Program-made: the position numbers and the translations under genes
The notes under the pieces: model-generated
Seen by the model: only the letters and a program-made list of their open reading frames with translations
Database searches by the model: none
Told to the model about the DNA's origin: nothing
Origin: an uncultured bacterium
GTDB taxonomy: Bacteria; Verrucomicrobiota; Verrucomicrobiia; Limisphaerales; UBA8199
Direction of reading: 5' to 3'
Assembly (NCBI GenBank): GCA_963749495.1
Contig: CAVVMW010000001.1
Coordinates: forward strand, 480,001-544,000
DNA length: 64,000 nt
Shown here: one piece after another, positions 1 to 8,785 of the stretch
Layout of the letters: the number at the start of each line of letters is the position of its first letter
Position numbering within the stretch: position 1 is the first letter of the stretch

Positions 1-65
1 CCCCAGCCGGTGCAGATCCTCAACCGCTTCCGCCTGGCTCCCGGGGTGCGCAAACCGGTGGGCGC

Positions 66-707
66 GTGAGCAACCATACCCCGGCCACGTTGGTGGGCGT
101 GCTGCTGGCGCGGGTGCGCCTGTGGCCGTCGCTGTTGTGGCGATGGGAGGCGCGGCTCAAAGGGGTGGAATTCGAGGGCCGCAGCGTGTTTCTGGGCCGG
201 CCGCTGGTCAGCGTGAGCCGCGGGGCGCGCATCGTGCTGGGCGAGGGCGTGCGCATCGCCAGTTCGGTGCGGGCCAACCCGCTGGGTTGCTTTCAACCCT
301 CCGCGCTCCGGGCGATGGCCCCCGGGGCGCTGCTCAGCCTCGGTCCCAGGGTGGGCATCAGCGCCACAGTCCTGTGCGCCGGCGCCTCGATCCAGGTCGG
401 CGAGGGCACCATCATGGGGGCCGGCGTGATGGTCATCGACCACGATTTTCATCGCCCGGCCGGGGAGTGGGATTGGGCCGACGAACACCAGGCCAACGCC
501 CGGCCAATCCAGATCGGCCGTGGCGTCTTCGTCGGCGCCCGCGCTATCATCCTCAAAGGTGTCACCATCGGCGACCGCGCGGTCATCGGCGCCGGCGCCG
601 TGGTCACCCAGGATGTGCCCCCGCGCCACACTGCCGTCGGCAATCCCGCCCGCGTGCTGGAATGCTGCCCCGGAGGGGCTGCCGAGAATAGCCCAATGCC
701 TGAGTGA
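66..707 (+). CDS. Hexapeptide-repeat (left-handed beta-helix) O-acyltransferase, maltose/galactoside acetyltransferase-like
   Basis: DHDFH motif, repeats IGRGVFVGARAIILKGVTIGDRAVIGAGAVVT and C-terminal GNPAR. Confidence 0.85.
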   Translation: MSNHTPATLVGVLLARVRLWPSLLWRWEARLKGVEFEGRSVFLGRPLVSVSRGARIVLGEGVRIASSVRANPLGCFQPSALRAMAPGALLSLGPRVGISATVLCAGASIQVGEGTIMGAGVMVIDHDFHRPAGEWDWADEHQANARPIQIGRGVFVGARAIILKGVTIGDRAVIGAGAVVTQDVPPRHTAVGNPARVLECCPGGAAENSPMPE

Positions 708-736
708 TCATGACCATTTAGCTGCGCCCGCCCCAC

Positions 737-1906
737 GTGAGCCTGAACCGAGAGCCATTGTGGACGCTGCCCGCTGTGCTGTGCGCGGGCGGGGTCGCCG
801 CCCTTTTGCTGTTGCCCGCCCAGGACCGCGCCCGGCAGGACCTGGTTTTGGCTGCGCCAGCCCGCGCGGCGGAGGATGCGGTTGCAGCGCCCGGCCGCCT
901 GCCGCGCACGAACCTGCTGGTTTATCACGGCCCCGCGGGCCAGGTCCTGGCGGTGAAGAGCCCGGCCGATTGGCAGCAGCGGCGCGCGGAGATAGTGCGG
1001 GCGATGCAGGAGGTCATGGGGCCGCTGCCGGGCCCCGAGAAGCGCTGCGAATTGGAGCCCAGGATTCAAGACGAGGTCGAGGTGCAGGCCCAGGGCGAAG
1101 GCGGGGGATACGTCCGCCGGTCGCTGACGTATGCCGCCGAGCCCGGCTCGCGCGTCCCGGCCTTTCTGCTCATACCCAAGGGTGCGCTCGCCGGGCAACG
1201 GAAATATCCGGCGGTCCTGGCGCTCCACCCGACCGACAACGACTACGGGCGCCGGGTCGTGGTCGAGCCCATGCGGGCCTACTACCGGGCCTACGCCCGC
1301 GACCTGGCCGAGCGCGGCTTCGTCGTGCTGGCGCCCGCCTATCCGCTGCTGGCGGACTATCAGCCGGACCTCCGCGCCCTGGGCTATCAAAGCGGCACTA
1401 TGAAGGCCATCTGGGACAACATCCGGGGGCTGGACCTGCTCGACTCATTGCCGTTCGTCCGGTCCGGCCGGTTTGGCGCCATTGGACACTCCCTGGGCGG
1501 GCACAACGCCCTCTATACGGCCGTATTCGACCCGCGGCTCCAGGTGGTGGTCTGCAGTTGCGGCTTCGACTCCTACCTGGACTACATGAACGGGGATATT
1601 CGCGGCTGGACCAGCCAGCGCTACATGCCGCGGCTGCTGACCTACCGCAACCGCCTGGCCGACATCCCCTTCGATTTCCATGAGATCCTCGGCGCCTTGG
1701 CCCCGCGCCAGGTCTGGATCAACGCGCCCCTGGGCGACACCAACTTCAAATGGCGCAGCGTGGACCAGGTCGTCCAGGCGGCCAGGGCGGTCTATGACCT
1801 GTATGGGGCGGACCCCAACCTGGTGGTCGAGCACCCGGACTGCGGCCACGATTTCCCGCCCCAGGCAAGGGAAAAGGCCTACCGCGTGCTCCGCAGCGGG
1901 GACTGA
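737..1906 (+). CDS. Secreted alpha/beta hydrolase (dienelactone hydrolase/acetylxylan esterase-like)
   Basis: N-terminal hydrophobic segment, GHSLGG nucleophile elbow, ALAPR and C-terminal GHDF catalytic His. Confidence 0.8.
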   Translation: MSLNREPLWTLPAVLCAGGVAALLLLPAQDRARQDLVLAAPARAAEDAVAAPGRLPRTNLLVYHGPAGQVLAVKSPADWQQRRAEIVRAMQEVMGPLPGPEKRCELEPRIQDEVEVQAQGEGGGYVRRSLTYAAEPGSRVPAFLLIPKGALAGQRKYPAVLALHPTDNDYGRRVVVEPMRAYYRAYARDLAERGFVVLAPAYPLLADYQPDLRALGYQSGTMKAIWDNIRGLDLLDSLPFVRSGRFGAIGHSLGGHNALYTAVFDPRLQVVVCSCGFDSYLDYMNGDIRGWTSQRYMPRLLTYRNRLADIPFDFHEILGALAPRQVWINAPLGDTNFKWRSVDQVVQAARAVYDLYGADPNLVVEHPDCGHDFPPQAREKAYRVLRSGD

Positions 1907-1918
1907 GCGGAGCGCCGA

Positions 1919-1992
1919 GGCAAAATCATTGTTGGCAAAATCATCAGCAGAAAGACCCTTCTCACAATGATTTTGCCAACAATGATTCTGCC
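1919..1992. repeat. Palindromic REP-like element (GGCAAAATCATTGTTGGCAAAATCAT...ATGATTTTGCCAACAATGATTCTGCC)
   Basis: Near-perfect 26-bp inverted arms with internal tandem units, intergenic. Confidence 0.8.
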
Positions 1993-2044
1993 ATGAGGGA
2001 AGCCTCTCCTTGACTTGCCCGGAACCCGCTAATAGTTTTGCCGC

Positions 2045-2917
2045 GTGAAAGTCAGCGGGTTCACCTTCCTGCGAAACGCACACCAACTCGGCTATCCCTT
2101 CGTGGAGTCGATCCGCTCGATCTTGCCAATCGTGGATGAATACGTTATCGCGCTGGGCCCGAGCCAGGACGGGACGGGCGAGATGATCCGCCAGATCGGC
2201 GACCCCAGGATTCGCATCCTCAAGACGCAGTGGAACGAGGGGATTCGCAATGATCTCAACCTCAAAGGCTTCGTCTATGGGCAGCAGAAATCGATAGCCC
2301 TCTTCAACTGCACCGGCGACTGGGCCTTTTACCTGGAAGGGGACGAAATCATGCACGAGGACGACTTGCCCAAGGTCCAGGAGGCCATGCGCAAGCACCT
2401 GGACAACCCGCGGGTCGAGGCGCTGTTTTTCGATTACCTGCACTTCTGGGGCAACCCGAACACCTATGTCTCGTGTCCGAGTTGGTATCGCACCGCACCG
2501 CGCATCGTCCGCAACAATATCACCATCTGGGCCCCCAAAGGGCTGTTCTTCATCGTCATGGAGAACAAGCGGCGGGGGCGCTATCCGCGCGCGGCCTCCG
2601 CCGGGGCGCGCATCTTCCATTACGGCAACATCCGGCCCAAGGCGCAATACGACCTCAAGGTCCTGGCGGTCCACAAATACTGGAGCAACACGCCGGCCTT
2701 CATTGATTACGGCGACATCGATCCCCAGATACTCAGGCCCTTCACCGGCACCCATCCCCAGGCCGTCCGGGCCTGGCTGCCTCCGGCCCAGGGCCTCTAT
2801 CAGCCCCCGCCCGGCCGGGTCCTGACCCTGGAAGACCGCCGGCACCGGTGGATGGCCAGACTCGAAAAATGGCTGGGGCTCGATTTGACCCACAGACATT
2901 ACCGGCGGGTGGAGTGA
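2045..2917 (+). CDS. Glycosyltransferase family 2-like protein
   Basis: KVSGFTFLRN...SQDGT, GDWAFYLEGDE (DXD-like), IFHYG motifs. Confidence 0.8.
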   Translation: MKVSGFTFLRNAHQLGYPFVESIRSILPIVDEYVIALGPSQDGTGEMIRQIGDPRIRILKTQWNEGIRNDLNLKGFVYGQQKSIALFNCTGDWAFYLEGDEIMHEDDLPKVQEAMRKHLDNPRVEALFFDYLHFWGNPNTYVSCPSWYRTAPRIVRNNITIWAPKGLFFIVMENKRRGRYPRAASAGARIFHYGNIRPKAQYDLKVLAVHKYWSNTPAFIDYGDIDPQILRPFTGTHPQAVRAWLPPAQGLYQPPPGRVLTLEDRRHRWMARLEKWLGLDLTHRHYRRVE

Positions 2918-2939
2918 AGACGTGGGGCACACGGCTGGG

Positions 2940-3089
2940 AGACCCCTCACCCCGGCCCTCTCCCCTCGGAGGGGAGAGGGAGAATTCTCGGCAGCGGCCT
3001 GAGGAAGCGGAGGCTCCTCGGATTCCCGGAGACCGCCGACGCTTCTCCCTCTCCCCTTCGGAAGGGGAGAGGGCCGGGGTGAGGGGTCT
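2940..3089. repeat. REP doublet, family A (CCCCTCACCCCGGCCCTCTCCC...GGGAGAGGGCCGGGGTGAGGGG)
   Basis: Inverted pair of hairpins; further copies at 28899-29048 and 31811-31852. Confidence 0.85.
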
Positions 3090-3168
3090 GCTCGTGACAC
3101 TCCCGCCTTCACCCGGGCCTTAAACTTCCGCATGGACTAACCCTTGGCTGGCGGGCAGATTCCAGTTG

Positions 3169-3471
3169 ATGCAACCGGTGGACATAGAACCGATTGGAGA
3201 AGAGCTGGCAATCAAGTGGGACGATGGCAGCGAGAGCTACATCCTGCTGGAGAAGCTCCGGCGGTGTTGTCCGTGCGCCGGCTGCAAGGGTGAGGTGGAC
3301 ATCATGGGCAACCTCTACAAGGGCCCGGAGCGGCCGCTGCCGCCCGAGGCCTTCCGTCTGGCCGCTCTCCATCCCATTGGCAGTTATGCTCTCCAGCCCG
3401 TTTGGGCCGACGGCCACACCACAGGGCTGTATTCGTTCGATTACCTGGAACGAATCGCGCGCAGTGGCTGA
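3169..3471 (+). CDS. DUF971 / gamma-butyrobetaine hydroxylase N-terminal-like Zn-binding protein
   Basis: LAIKWDDG, LRRCCPCAGC, GSYALQPVWADGHTTGLYSFDYL. Confidence 0.85.
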   Translation: MQPVDIEPIGEELAIKWDDGSESYILLEKLRRCCPCAGCKGEVDIMGNLYKGPERPLPPEAFRLAALHPIGSYALQPVWADGHTTGLYSFDYLERIARSG

Positions 3472-3498
3472 GGAGCTTGGATTTGTAACTGTTCAGGT

Positions 3499-3612
3499 GT
3501 GGGGCAGACCTCTGGTCTGCCGGTTCATGGAGCCTCCGGCTCCGTGTCCCTTGCAGTTGCGAAGCTCGGGGCCAGAGGCCCCCGCAACCGGCAGACCGGA
3601 GGTCTGCCCCAC
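3499..3612. repeat. Palindromic REP-like element (GTGGGGCAGACCTCTGGTCTGCCGGTT...AACCGGCAGACCGGAGGTCTGCCCCAC)
   Basis: 27-bp inverted arms, each a hairpin. Confidence 0.8.
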
Positions 3613-3699
3613 GCATGCGGCAAACTTTGCCGGTTGAGAGCCTGGTCCTCGTCCGGCAGCATGGGAAGAGAATGAGCGAGACGCAAAACCAATTCTCCC

Positions 3700-3749
3700 T
3701 CACCCGCGCAGCGTCAAAACCGACGGCGCGGCAAAAAAGCAAATTCCTA
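3700..3749. repeat. Left copy of ~50-bp imperfect direct repeat bounding the accessory island
   Basis: TCACCCGCGCAGCGTCAA-AACCG...GCGCGGCAAAAAA(G/C)CAAATTCCTA recurs at 9264-9314. Confidence 0.75.
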
Positions 3750-3954
3750 CCAGTCCATGGCCCCTCAGCCCAAGCATGGATAACGCTTCCTTAATCCTGC
3801 AGAGGGAGACCGGCCTCCCATCTGACGGCCAGGGGGAACCATTCATTTTTACAGAGAATTGCCGGGAGCTAGAAAAGCTCAGTTCAGCCAGTTGGATCTT
3901 CAAGTTTTTGCCACGGCGATAATCCTTGACAGAAAATAGCAGGTCATACTTCAT
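3700..3954 (-). CDS. Small hypothetical protein divergent from the putative cassette boundary
   Basis: ATG at 3954, MKYDLLFSVKDYRRGKNLKIQL..., lower GC than flanks; no family assigned with certainty. Confidence 0.4.
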   Translation of the reverse strand: MKYDLLFSVKDYRRGKNLKIQLAELSFSSSRQFSVKMNGSPWPSDGRPVSLCRIKEALSMLGLRGHGLVGICFFAAPSVLTLRG

Positions 3955-4063
3955 TAAGCTAAGGTCGCAGAAGACTTTACAAAAGTCAGGCGTGCACGGA
4001 GGTTTACACGCACTTTGTATAATCACAGTTGGGCGGACATGACGAAGCGGGGTAGTGAGACCC

Positions 4064-4675
4064 ATGGCAGACAAACCACAATATCCGCCGAGGATTGAGC
4101 TCGACGGAGCGCGCCTGCGCCCACTGCGTGTGGCCGACGCTGCCGCGCTCTGCGCCTACCTGCGAGATCCCGTCGTTACAGAATTGACCAGCTATCCCGT
4201 TGCATCGGTACCGATGGTCGAAGCAATGATCGAGCGGTCTCTGAGCCGTTGGGCGGCGGGCGAGCTGTCCAAATGGGGGATCGCCCTCCAACACGATGAT
4301 CGGCTTGTCGGCACCTGCGGTTTCAACGAGTGGTCTAAGGTACACCGCTGGGCGGAGCTGGCGTTCGACTTGGCGCAGGCTCACTGGGGCAAGGGACTGA
4401 TGCGCCAAGCCGTGGCCGCGGTACTTCAGTGGACTTACCGACAGGACCAGGTCGATCGCGTACACGCCTTCGTCAGGGTCGACAACAGACGGTCGCAGCG
4501 CTTTCTCGAGCGCAGTGGGTTTGTGCGTGAGGGTTGCCTGAGGAGTTATCGGGTGTGTCGTGGGCAACCACACGACTTCTACATCTACGCTTTGCTGCGC
4601 TCGGATTGGGCGGCCGCGCAACAAAGATGCGAGCTAGGCAGCGCGCCTGGCTCTCGGACTGACGAGATAGAGTAG
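4064..4675 (+). CDS. GNAT N-acetyltransferase, RimJ/RimL family (probable integron cassette gene)
   Basis: RLRPL, LVGTCGF, AELAFDL..WGKGLM, N.RSQRFLERSGF.REG. Confidence 0.9.
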   Translation: MADKPQYPPRIELDGARLRPLRVADAAALCAYLRDPVVTELTSYPVASVPMVEAMIERSLSRWAAGELSKWGIALQHDDRLVGTCGFNEWSKVHRWAELAFDLAQAHWGKGLMRQAVAAVLQWTYRQDQVDRVHAFVRVDNRRSQRFLERSGFVREGCLRSYRVCRGQPHDFYIYALLRSDWAAAQQRCELGSAPGSRTDEIE

Positions 4676-4738
4676 AGCAACGAGGCGTGACGATGATTGA
4701 GGATGCACGCGCGGGCCCCGCGATGATCTCGGCTGGGG

Positions 4739-4770
4739 CCGCCCAACAAGGGCTTGGTGCTGACAGTGCG
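4739..4770 (+). other. Left half of a putative integron attC site, truncated by the mini element
   Basis: CCGCCCAAC (RYYYAAC) is complementary to GTTGGGCGG at 4028-4036 and is followed by an L-box-like TGGTGCTGAC. Confidence 0.5.
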
Positions 4771-4773
4771 CCG

Positions 4774-5200
4774 CGAAATCGGAGCGCCGCGAAATCGGGG
4801 TCACATCTATACTTTCTTACAATCTGAGCCCGGAACACCAAATACAATCGAAATCGGGGTCAACAATCGAAATCGGGGTCACATCTATACTTTCTTACAA
4901 TCTGAGCCCGGAACACCAAATACAATCGAAATCGGCGAAATCGGGGTCACATCTATACTTTCTTACAATCTGAGCCCGGAACACCAAATACCATGGCATG
5001 GCACGCTTTGCGAATTGAACGGGCGGGCGGGCGCTGTCATGTGACCGCACGGGGCGAAATCGGGCACGCCGAGCTGCGCCAGGAGATGACGCGCATCCAG
5101 AACACATTGTAAAAATGTATAGATTTGACCCCGGCTCCTCCCTTTTATAGATTTGACCCCGGCTCCTCCCTTTTAGATTTGACCCCGGCTCCTCCCTTTC
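4774..5200 (+). mobile_element. Mini REP-transposase element copy 1 (core 4943-5132) with tandemly stuttered ends
   Basis: Terminal IRs GGGGTCACATCTATACTTTCTTACAAT / ATTGTAAAAATGTATAGATTTGACCCC; internal remnant ORF MAWHALRIERAGGRCHVTARG resembles a Y1 REP-associated transposase N-terminus. Confidence 0.7.
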
Positions 5201-5488
5201 CGGCTCCTCCCTGCTCCCATGCCAGATGATTAGAATCTCAACGGTTTGTTGCTCCTCGAAAACCCGGTAGAAGATGCGGTAGTTGCGGCACAGGATTTCA
5301 CGATCACCGCTCTTACTGCCTCGCGGATAGTGCGGCCCAATGTGCGGGAAGGTTGCGAGCAACTCGACATGAGCGATGATTTCATCCCCGATGCGCCTGG
5401 CGGCGGACGGATTGTCGCGGGCGATGCGCTCAACGATTGCTCTCAGGTCAGCGAGCGCCGGCTCAGTCCAGACTATTTTGTAGTCCAT
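4895..5488 (-). CDS. RelE/ParE-family toxin, duplicated copy 1; C-terminus reads into the mini element
   Basis: MDYKIVWTEPALADL...NYRIFYRV...VEILIIWHGSR; identical N-terminal ~95 aa to 8390-8785. Confidence 0.7.
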   Translation of the reverse strand: MDYKIVWTEPALADLRAIVERIARDNPSAARRIGDEIIAHVELLATFPHIGPHYPRGSKSGDREILCRNYRIFYRVFEEQQTVEILIIWHGSREEPEREEPGSNLKGRSRGQIYKREEPGSNLYIFTMCSGCASSPGAARRARFRPVRSHDSARPPVQFAKRAMPWYLVFRAQIVRKYRCDPDFADFDCIWCSGLRL

Positions 5489-5627
5489 GAAGCCAATCGT
5501 TCTTCGACCTCCTCATGTGAGACGACTTGGCCCGCCTCAGACGCAGCCTTGGCGCGCCGCAACGCTGCCAGAATGGCAACATCTTGGCTGATTTCCTCCA
5601 GGGTAGCTGTCTCTGGAAGCTTTCGGA
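5473..5627 (-). pseudogene. 5'-truncated duplicate of the antitoxin gene
   Basis: Matches 8770-8924 with one substitution; lacks the first ~10 codons and the upstream region. Confidence 0.8.
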
Positions 5628-6110
5628 GGCGAAATCGGGGTCACATCTATACTTTCTTACAATCGAAATCGCGAAATCGGGGTCACATCTATACTTTCTT
5701 ACAATCGAAATCGGGGTTAATCGAAACAATCGAAATCGGGGTCACATCTATACTTTCTTACAATCTGTACTTTCTTACAATCGAAATCGCGAACGAAATC
5801 GGGGTCACATCTATACTTTCTTACAATCTGAGCCCGGAACACCAAATACCATGGCATGGCACGCTTTGCGAATTGAACGGGCGGGCGGGCGCTGTCATGT
5901 GACCGCACGGGGCGAAATCGGGCACGCCGAGCTGCGCCAGGAGATGACGCGCATCCAGAACACATTGTAAAAATGTAGTAACTATTCAGGTCTAATCAGG
6001 GGAATTTAAGCACCGCCTTCGTTGGCGCACGAGCTTTGATTCGCTTTTTTCTCCCTTTTTTGCTCATCCGGTACCTGGACTCCAGGCCCCACTGGTGCCA
6101 TCATCCGGGC

Positions 6111-6979
6111 ATGACCTTGACCGTGCAGGGCCGTTTGCTCGGTGCGGAGCAGTTGGACCAAGTCCGCCAGTTGCTCGGGCAGCACCCCCAATGGAGTCGC
6201 CGCAGGCTGTCCCGCGCGCTGTGTCAACGGTGGGCTTGGCGGGACCCCAAAGGCCGACTCCAAGACATGGCCGCCCGCGCGCTGTTGGTCAAATTGGAAG
6301 CGCGGGGCCTGCTGGTCTTGCCGCCGCGCCGCTGCGTGCCTTGCAATCGCATGCGCCGCCAGCAACTGCGCCCGGTGGCCCATGGCACCCAACGCCTCGC
6401 CGGGCCGCTGGAGGCTTTGCAGCCACTGGAGGTGCGGGAATTAAGCCAATGGCCGGACCAACGGCCGCTCTTCGACTGGCTGCTGCATCGCTATCATTAT
6501 CTGGGCTACACCGGCACGGTGGGCCTCAATCTGAAGTACCTGGTGCTGGATCGCTGCGGGCGACCGCTCAGTTGCCTGCTCTTTGGCTCGGCCGCTTGGC
6601 AGTGCGCCCCCCGCGACCAGTTTATCGGCTGGAGCCCCGCCGCGCGGCGCGCGCATTTGCAGGCGCTGACCAACAACACGCGTTTCATCGTGTTGCCCTG
6701 GGTTGCCACGCCCAACTTGGCCAGCCACGCGCTGAGTCTGGTCTTGCGCCGTCTGGCCCAGGACTGGCAGCGCAAATACGCCCGGCCGCTCCATCTGGTG
6801 GAGACCTTCGTGACACCTCCCGTTTCACCGGCGCCTGTTATCGCGCCGCCAATTGGATCGCGTTGGGCCAGACCACCGGCCGCACCCGCAACGACCGGAG
6901 CAATCGGCCCCAGGTCTGCCCCAAGGCGGTGTGGGTCTATCCGCTGGACCCGCAGTTTCGCCGCCACCTATGCGCCTGA
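6111..6979 (+). CDS. DUF4338-type IS accessory protein, single-base frameshift near 6812
   Basis: SRRRLSRALC..W, YHYLG, RDQFIGW, NNTRF, PNLASH, ETFV then in another frame DTSRFTGACYRAANW..LGQT.GR. Confidence 0.8.
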
Positions 6980-8421
6980 AGAGCCGCCAGCAACTCTTGG
7001 CCTTGGCCCGCACGGCCCCAGCCCGGCTCGTCGAGTGGGCGCTGCGCCTGGCAGCCAGGCTGCGGCAAGTGTGTCGGCAACGGGATGCGCTACGCCGTCA
7101 AGTCAAAGAACTCCAAGCCCGCCTGGCCCTCAACAGCACCAATAGCAGCAAACCGCCCAGCTCGGATGGATTGGCCAAACCGGCCCCCAAGTCCCTGCGC
7201 CAAAAAACCGGCCGCCGGCCCGGCGGCCAGCCCGGGCATCCGGGCCGAACCCTCCAGCCCGTGCGCGAGCCGGATCACGTGCGCATGCATCGGCTCCAAC
7301 GCTGTCCCTGCGGCGCTTGCCAGGGCCGGGACTTGCGCTCCGAGCCGGTCCTGGACTACGAGAAGCGCCAGGTCTTCGAGTTGCCCGAAAAGCCGCTGGA
7401 AGTGACCGAACACCGGGCCGAGATCAAACGCTGCCCCGTCTCCGGGCGGCGGGTCACCGCCACGTTCCCCGAGGGCGTCATCGCCCCGGCCCAATACGGC
7501 CCACGCTTCAAGGCCCAGATGGTCTATCTCAACGACCAGCACTTCATCCCGTATCAGCGGTTGACCCAAATCTGCCAAGACCTCTACGGCCAGCCCTTGA
7601 GCGAGGCGACCATCGCCTCGGCCAATCAACGGGCTTACGAACACCTGGCCCCCTTCGAGCAAACGCTGGGGCAACAGTTGCCCCAAGCCCCGGTCAATCA
7701 TTGCGATGAGAGCGGCCTGCGCGTGGCCAAGAGTTTGCACTGGCTTCACGTCGTCAGTAACGCCCACCTCACTTTCTACGGCGTCCATCCCAAGCGCGGC
7801 ACCGAGGCGATGGATTACTTCGGCATCCTGCCCCGCTGCACCGGCTTCCTTATCCACGACCATTGGAAACCCTATTTCACCTACGACCAGTGCCTGCACG
7901 CCCTGTGCAACGAGCACCATCTGCGCGAACTCAAGTTCCTGTGGCAAGAACAGCACGAAGCCTGGGCCCAGCAGATGAGCGCCTTCCTGCTCGGCTGCCT
8001 GGAACGTTGCAAAAAGCACGGCGTGTTGGAGGAGTGGCAATTCAAGCGCCTGCGCCGCCAGTATCGCGCCATTGTCCAAGCGGGCCGCCGCCGCCATCCC
8101 CGCCAGCAGGGCAACCGGGCACAAAGCAAGGCTGCCAACCTGCTGGATCGCCTGGAGGACTTCGAGTGGAGCGTGCTGGCCTTTACCGTCTTTGAGGAAG
8201 TCCCGTTCACCAACAACGGCGCCGAGCGCGACCTGCGCATGGAGAAGACCCGCCAAAAGGTCTCGGGCTGTTTCCGCACCCTGCACGGGGCCAGGGTCTT
8301 CGCGCGCATTCGCAGCTACATCTCCACCTGCCGCAAGCAGGGCCGCAACATCCTTGACGCGCTGGAAAAGGCCGTCGCCGGCACCCCGTTCATCCCCTCA
8401 GCCCCTCCCAGAGGCCCGTAA
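6970..8421 (+). CDS. IS66-family DDE transposase
   Basis: NSTNSSKPPSSD, GGQPGHPG, Cys cluster, DESG, HDHW, HALCNEHHLREL, VPFTNNGAERDLR, QKVSGCFR. Confidence 0.92.
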   Translation: MRLKSRQQLLALARTAPARLVEWALRLAARLRQVCRQRDALRRQVKELQARLALNSTNSSKPPSSDGLAKPAPKSLRQKTGRRPGGQPGHPGRTLQPVREPDHVRMHRLQRCPCGACQGRDLRSEPVLDYEKRQVFELPEKPLEVTEHRAEIKRCPVSGRRVTATFPEGVIAPAQYGPRFKAQMVYLNDQHFIPYQRLTQICQDLYGQPLSEATIASANQRAYEHLAPFEQTLGQQLPQAPVNHCDESGLRVAKSLHWLHVVSNAHLTFYGVHPKRGTEAMDYFGILPRCTGFLIHDHWKPYFTYDQCLHALCNEHHLRELKFLWQEQHEAWAQQMSAFLLGCLERCKKHGVLEEWQFKRLRRQYRAIVQAGRRRHPRQQGNRAQSKAANLLDRLEDFEWSVLAFTVFEEVPFTNNGAERDLRMEKTRQKVSGCFRTLHGARVFARIRSYISTCRKQGRNILDALEKAVAGTPFIPSAPPRGP

Positions 8422-8785
8422 GACCTGAATAGTTACAAAATGTATAGATTTGACCCCGGCTCCTCCCTTTTAGATTTGACCCCGGCTCCTCCCTTTCCGG
8501 CTCCTCCCTGCTCCCATGCCAGATGATTAGAATCTCAACGGTTTGTTGCTCCTCGAAAACCCGGTAGAAGATGCGGTAGTTGCGGCACAGGATTTCACGA
8601 TCACCGCTCTTACTGCCTCGCGGATAGTGCGGCCCAATGTGCGGGAAGGTTGCGAGCAACTCGACATGAGCGATGATTTCATCCCCGATGCGCCTGGCGG
8701 CGGACGGATTGTCGCGGGCGATGCGCTCAACGATTGCTCTCAGGTCAGCGAGCGCCGGCTCAGTCCAGACTATTTTGTAGTCCAT
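8390..8785 (-). CDS. RelE/ParE-family toxin, copy 2; native stop replaced by element sequence
   Basis: RelE/ParE motifs, overlaps upstream antitoxin; REEP repeat then element-derived tail. Confidence 0.8.
   Translation of the reverse strand: MDYKIVWTEPALADLRAIVERIARDNPSAARRIGDEIIAHVELLATFPHIGPHYPRGSKSGDREILCRNYRIFYRVFEEQQTVEILIIWHGSREEPEREEPGSNLKGRSRGQIYTFCNYSGLTGLWEGLRG

Larger units (their letters stand above)
5978..8436 (+). mobile_element. IS66-family-like insertion sequence, 2459 bp, two ORFs
   Basis: Perfect 16-bp terminal IRs GTAACTATTCAGGTCT / AGACCTGAATAGTTAC; 8-bp target duplication AAAATGTA at 5970-5977 and 8437-8444. Confidence 0.92.
5630..8490 (+). mobile_element. Mini REP-transposase element copy 2 (core 5801-8457), right IR interrupted by the IS66-type element
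   Basis: Four copies of the 35-nt left-end unit at 5630-5828, same remnant ORF, right end resumes at 8437. Confidence 0.7.

Noticed and set aside
4790..5828. CRISPR array (35-nt repeat x7)
   Set aside because: Intervening sequences are fragments of the repeat or adjacent element sequence with irregular lengths, the repeat is the inverted counterpart of an element right end, and no cas genes are present.
6111..6979. Druantia anti-phage system
   Set aside because: The DUF4338-type ORF lies inside IS terminal repeats beside a transposase and no DruE-type helicase is present.
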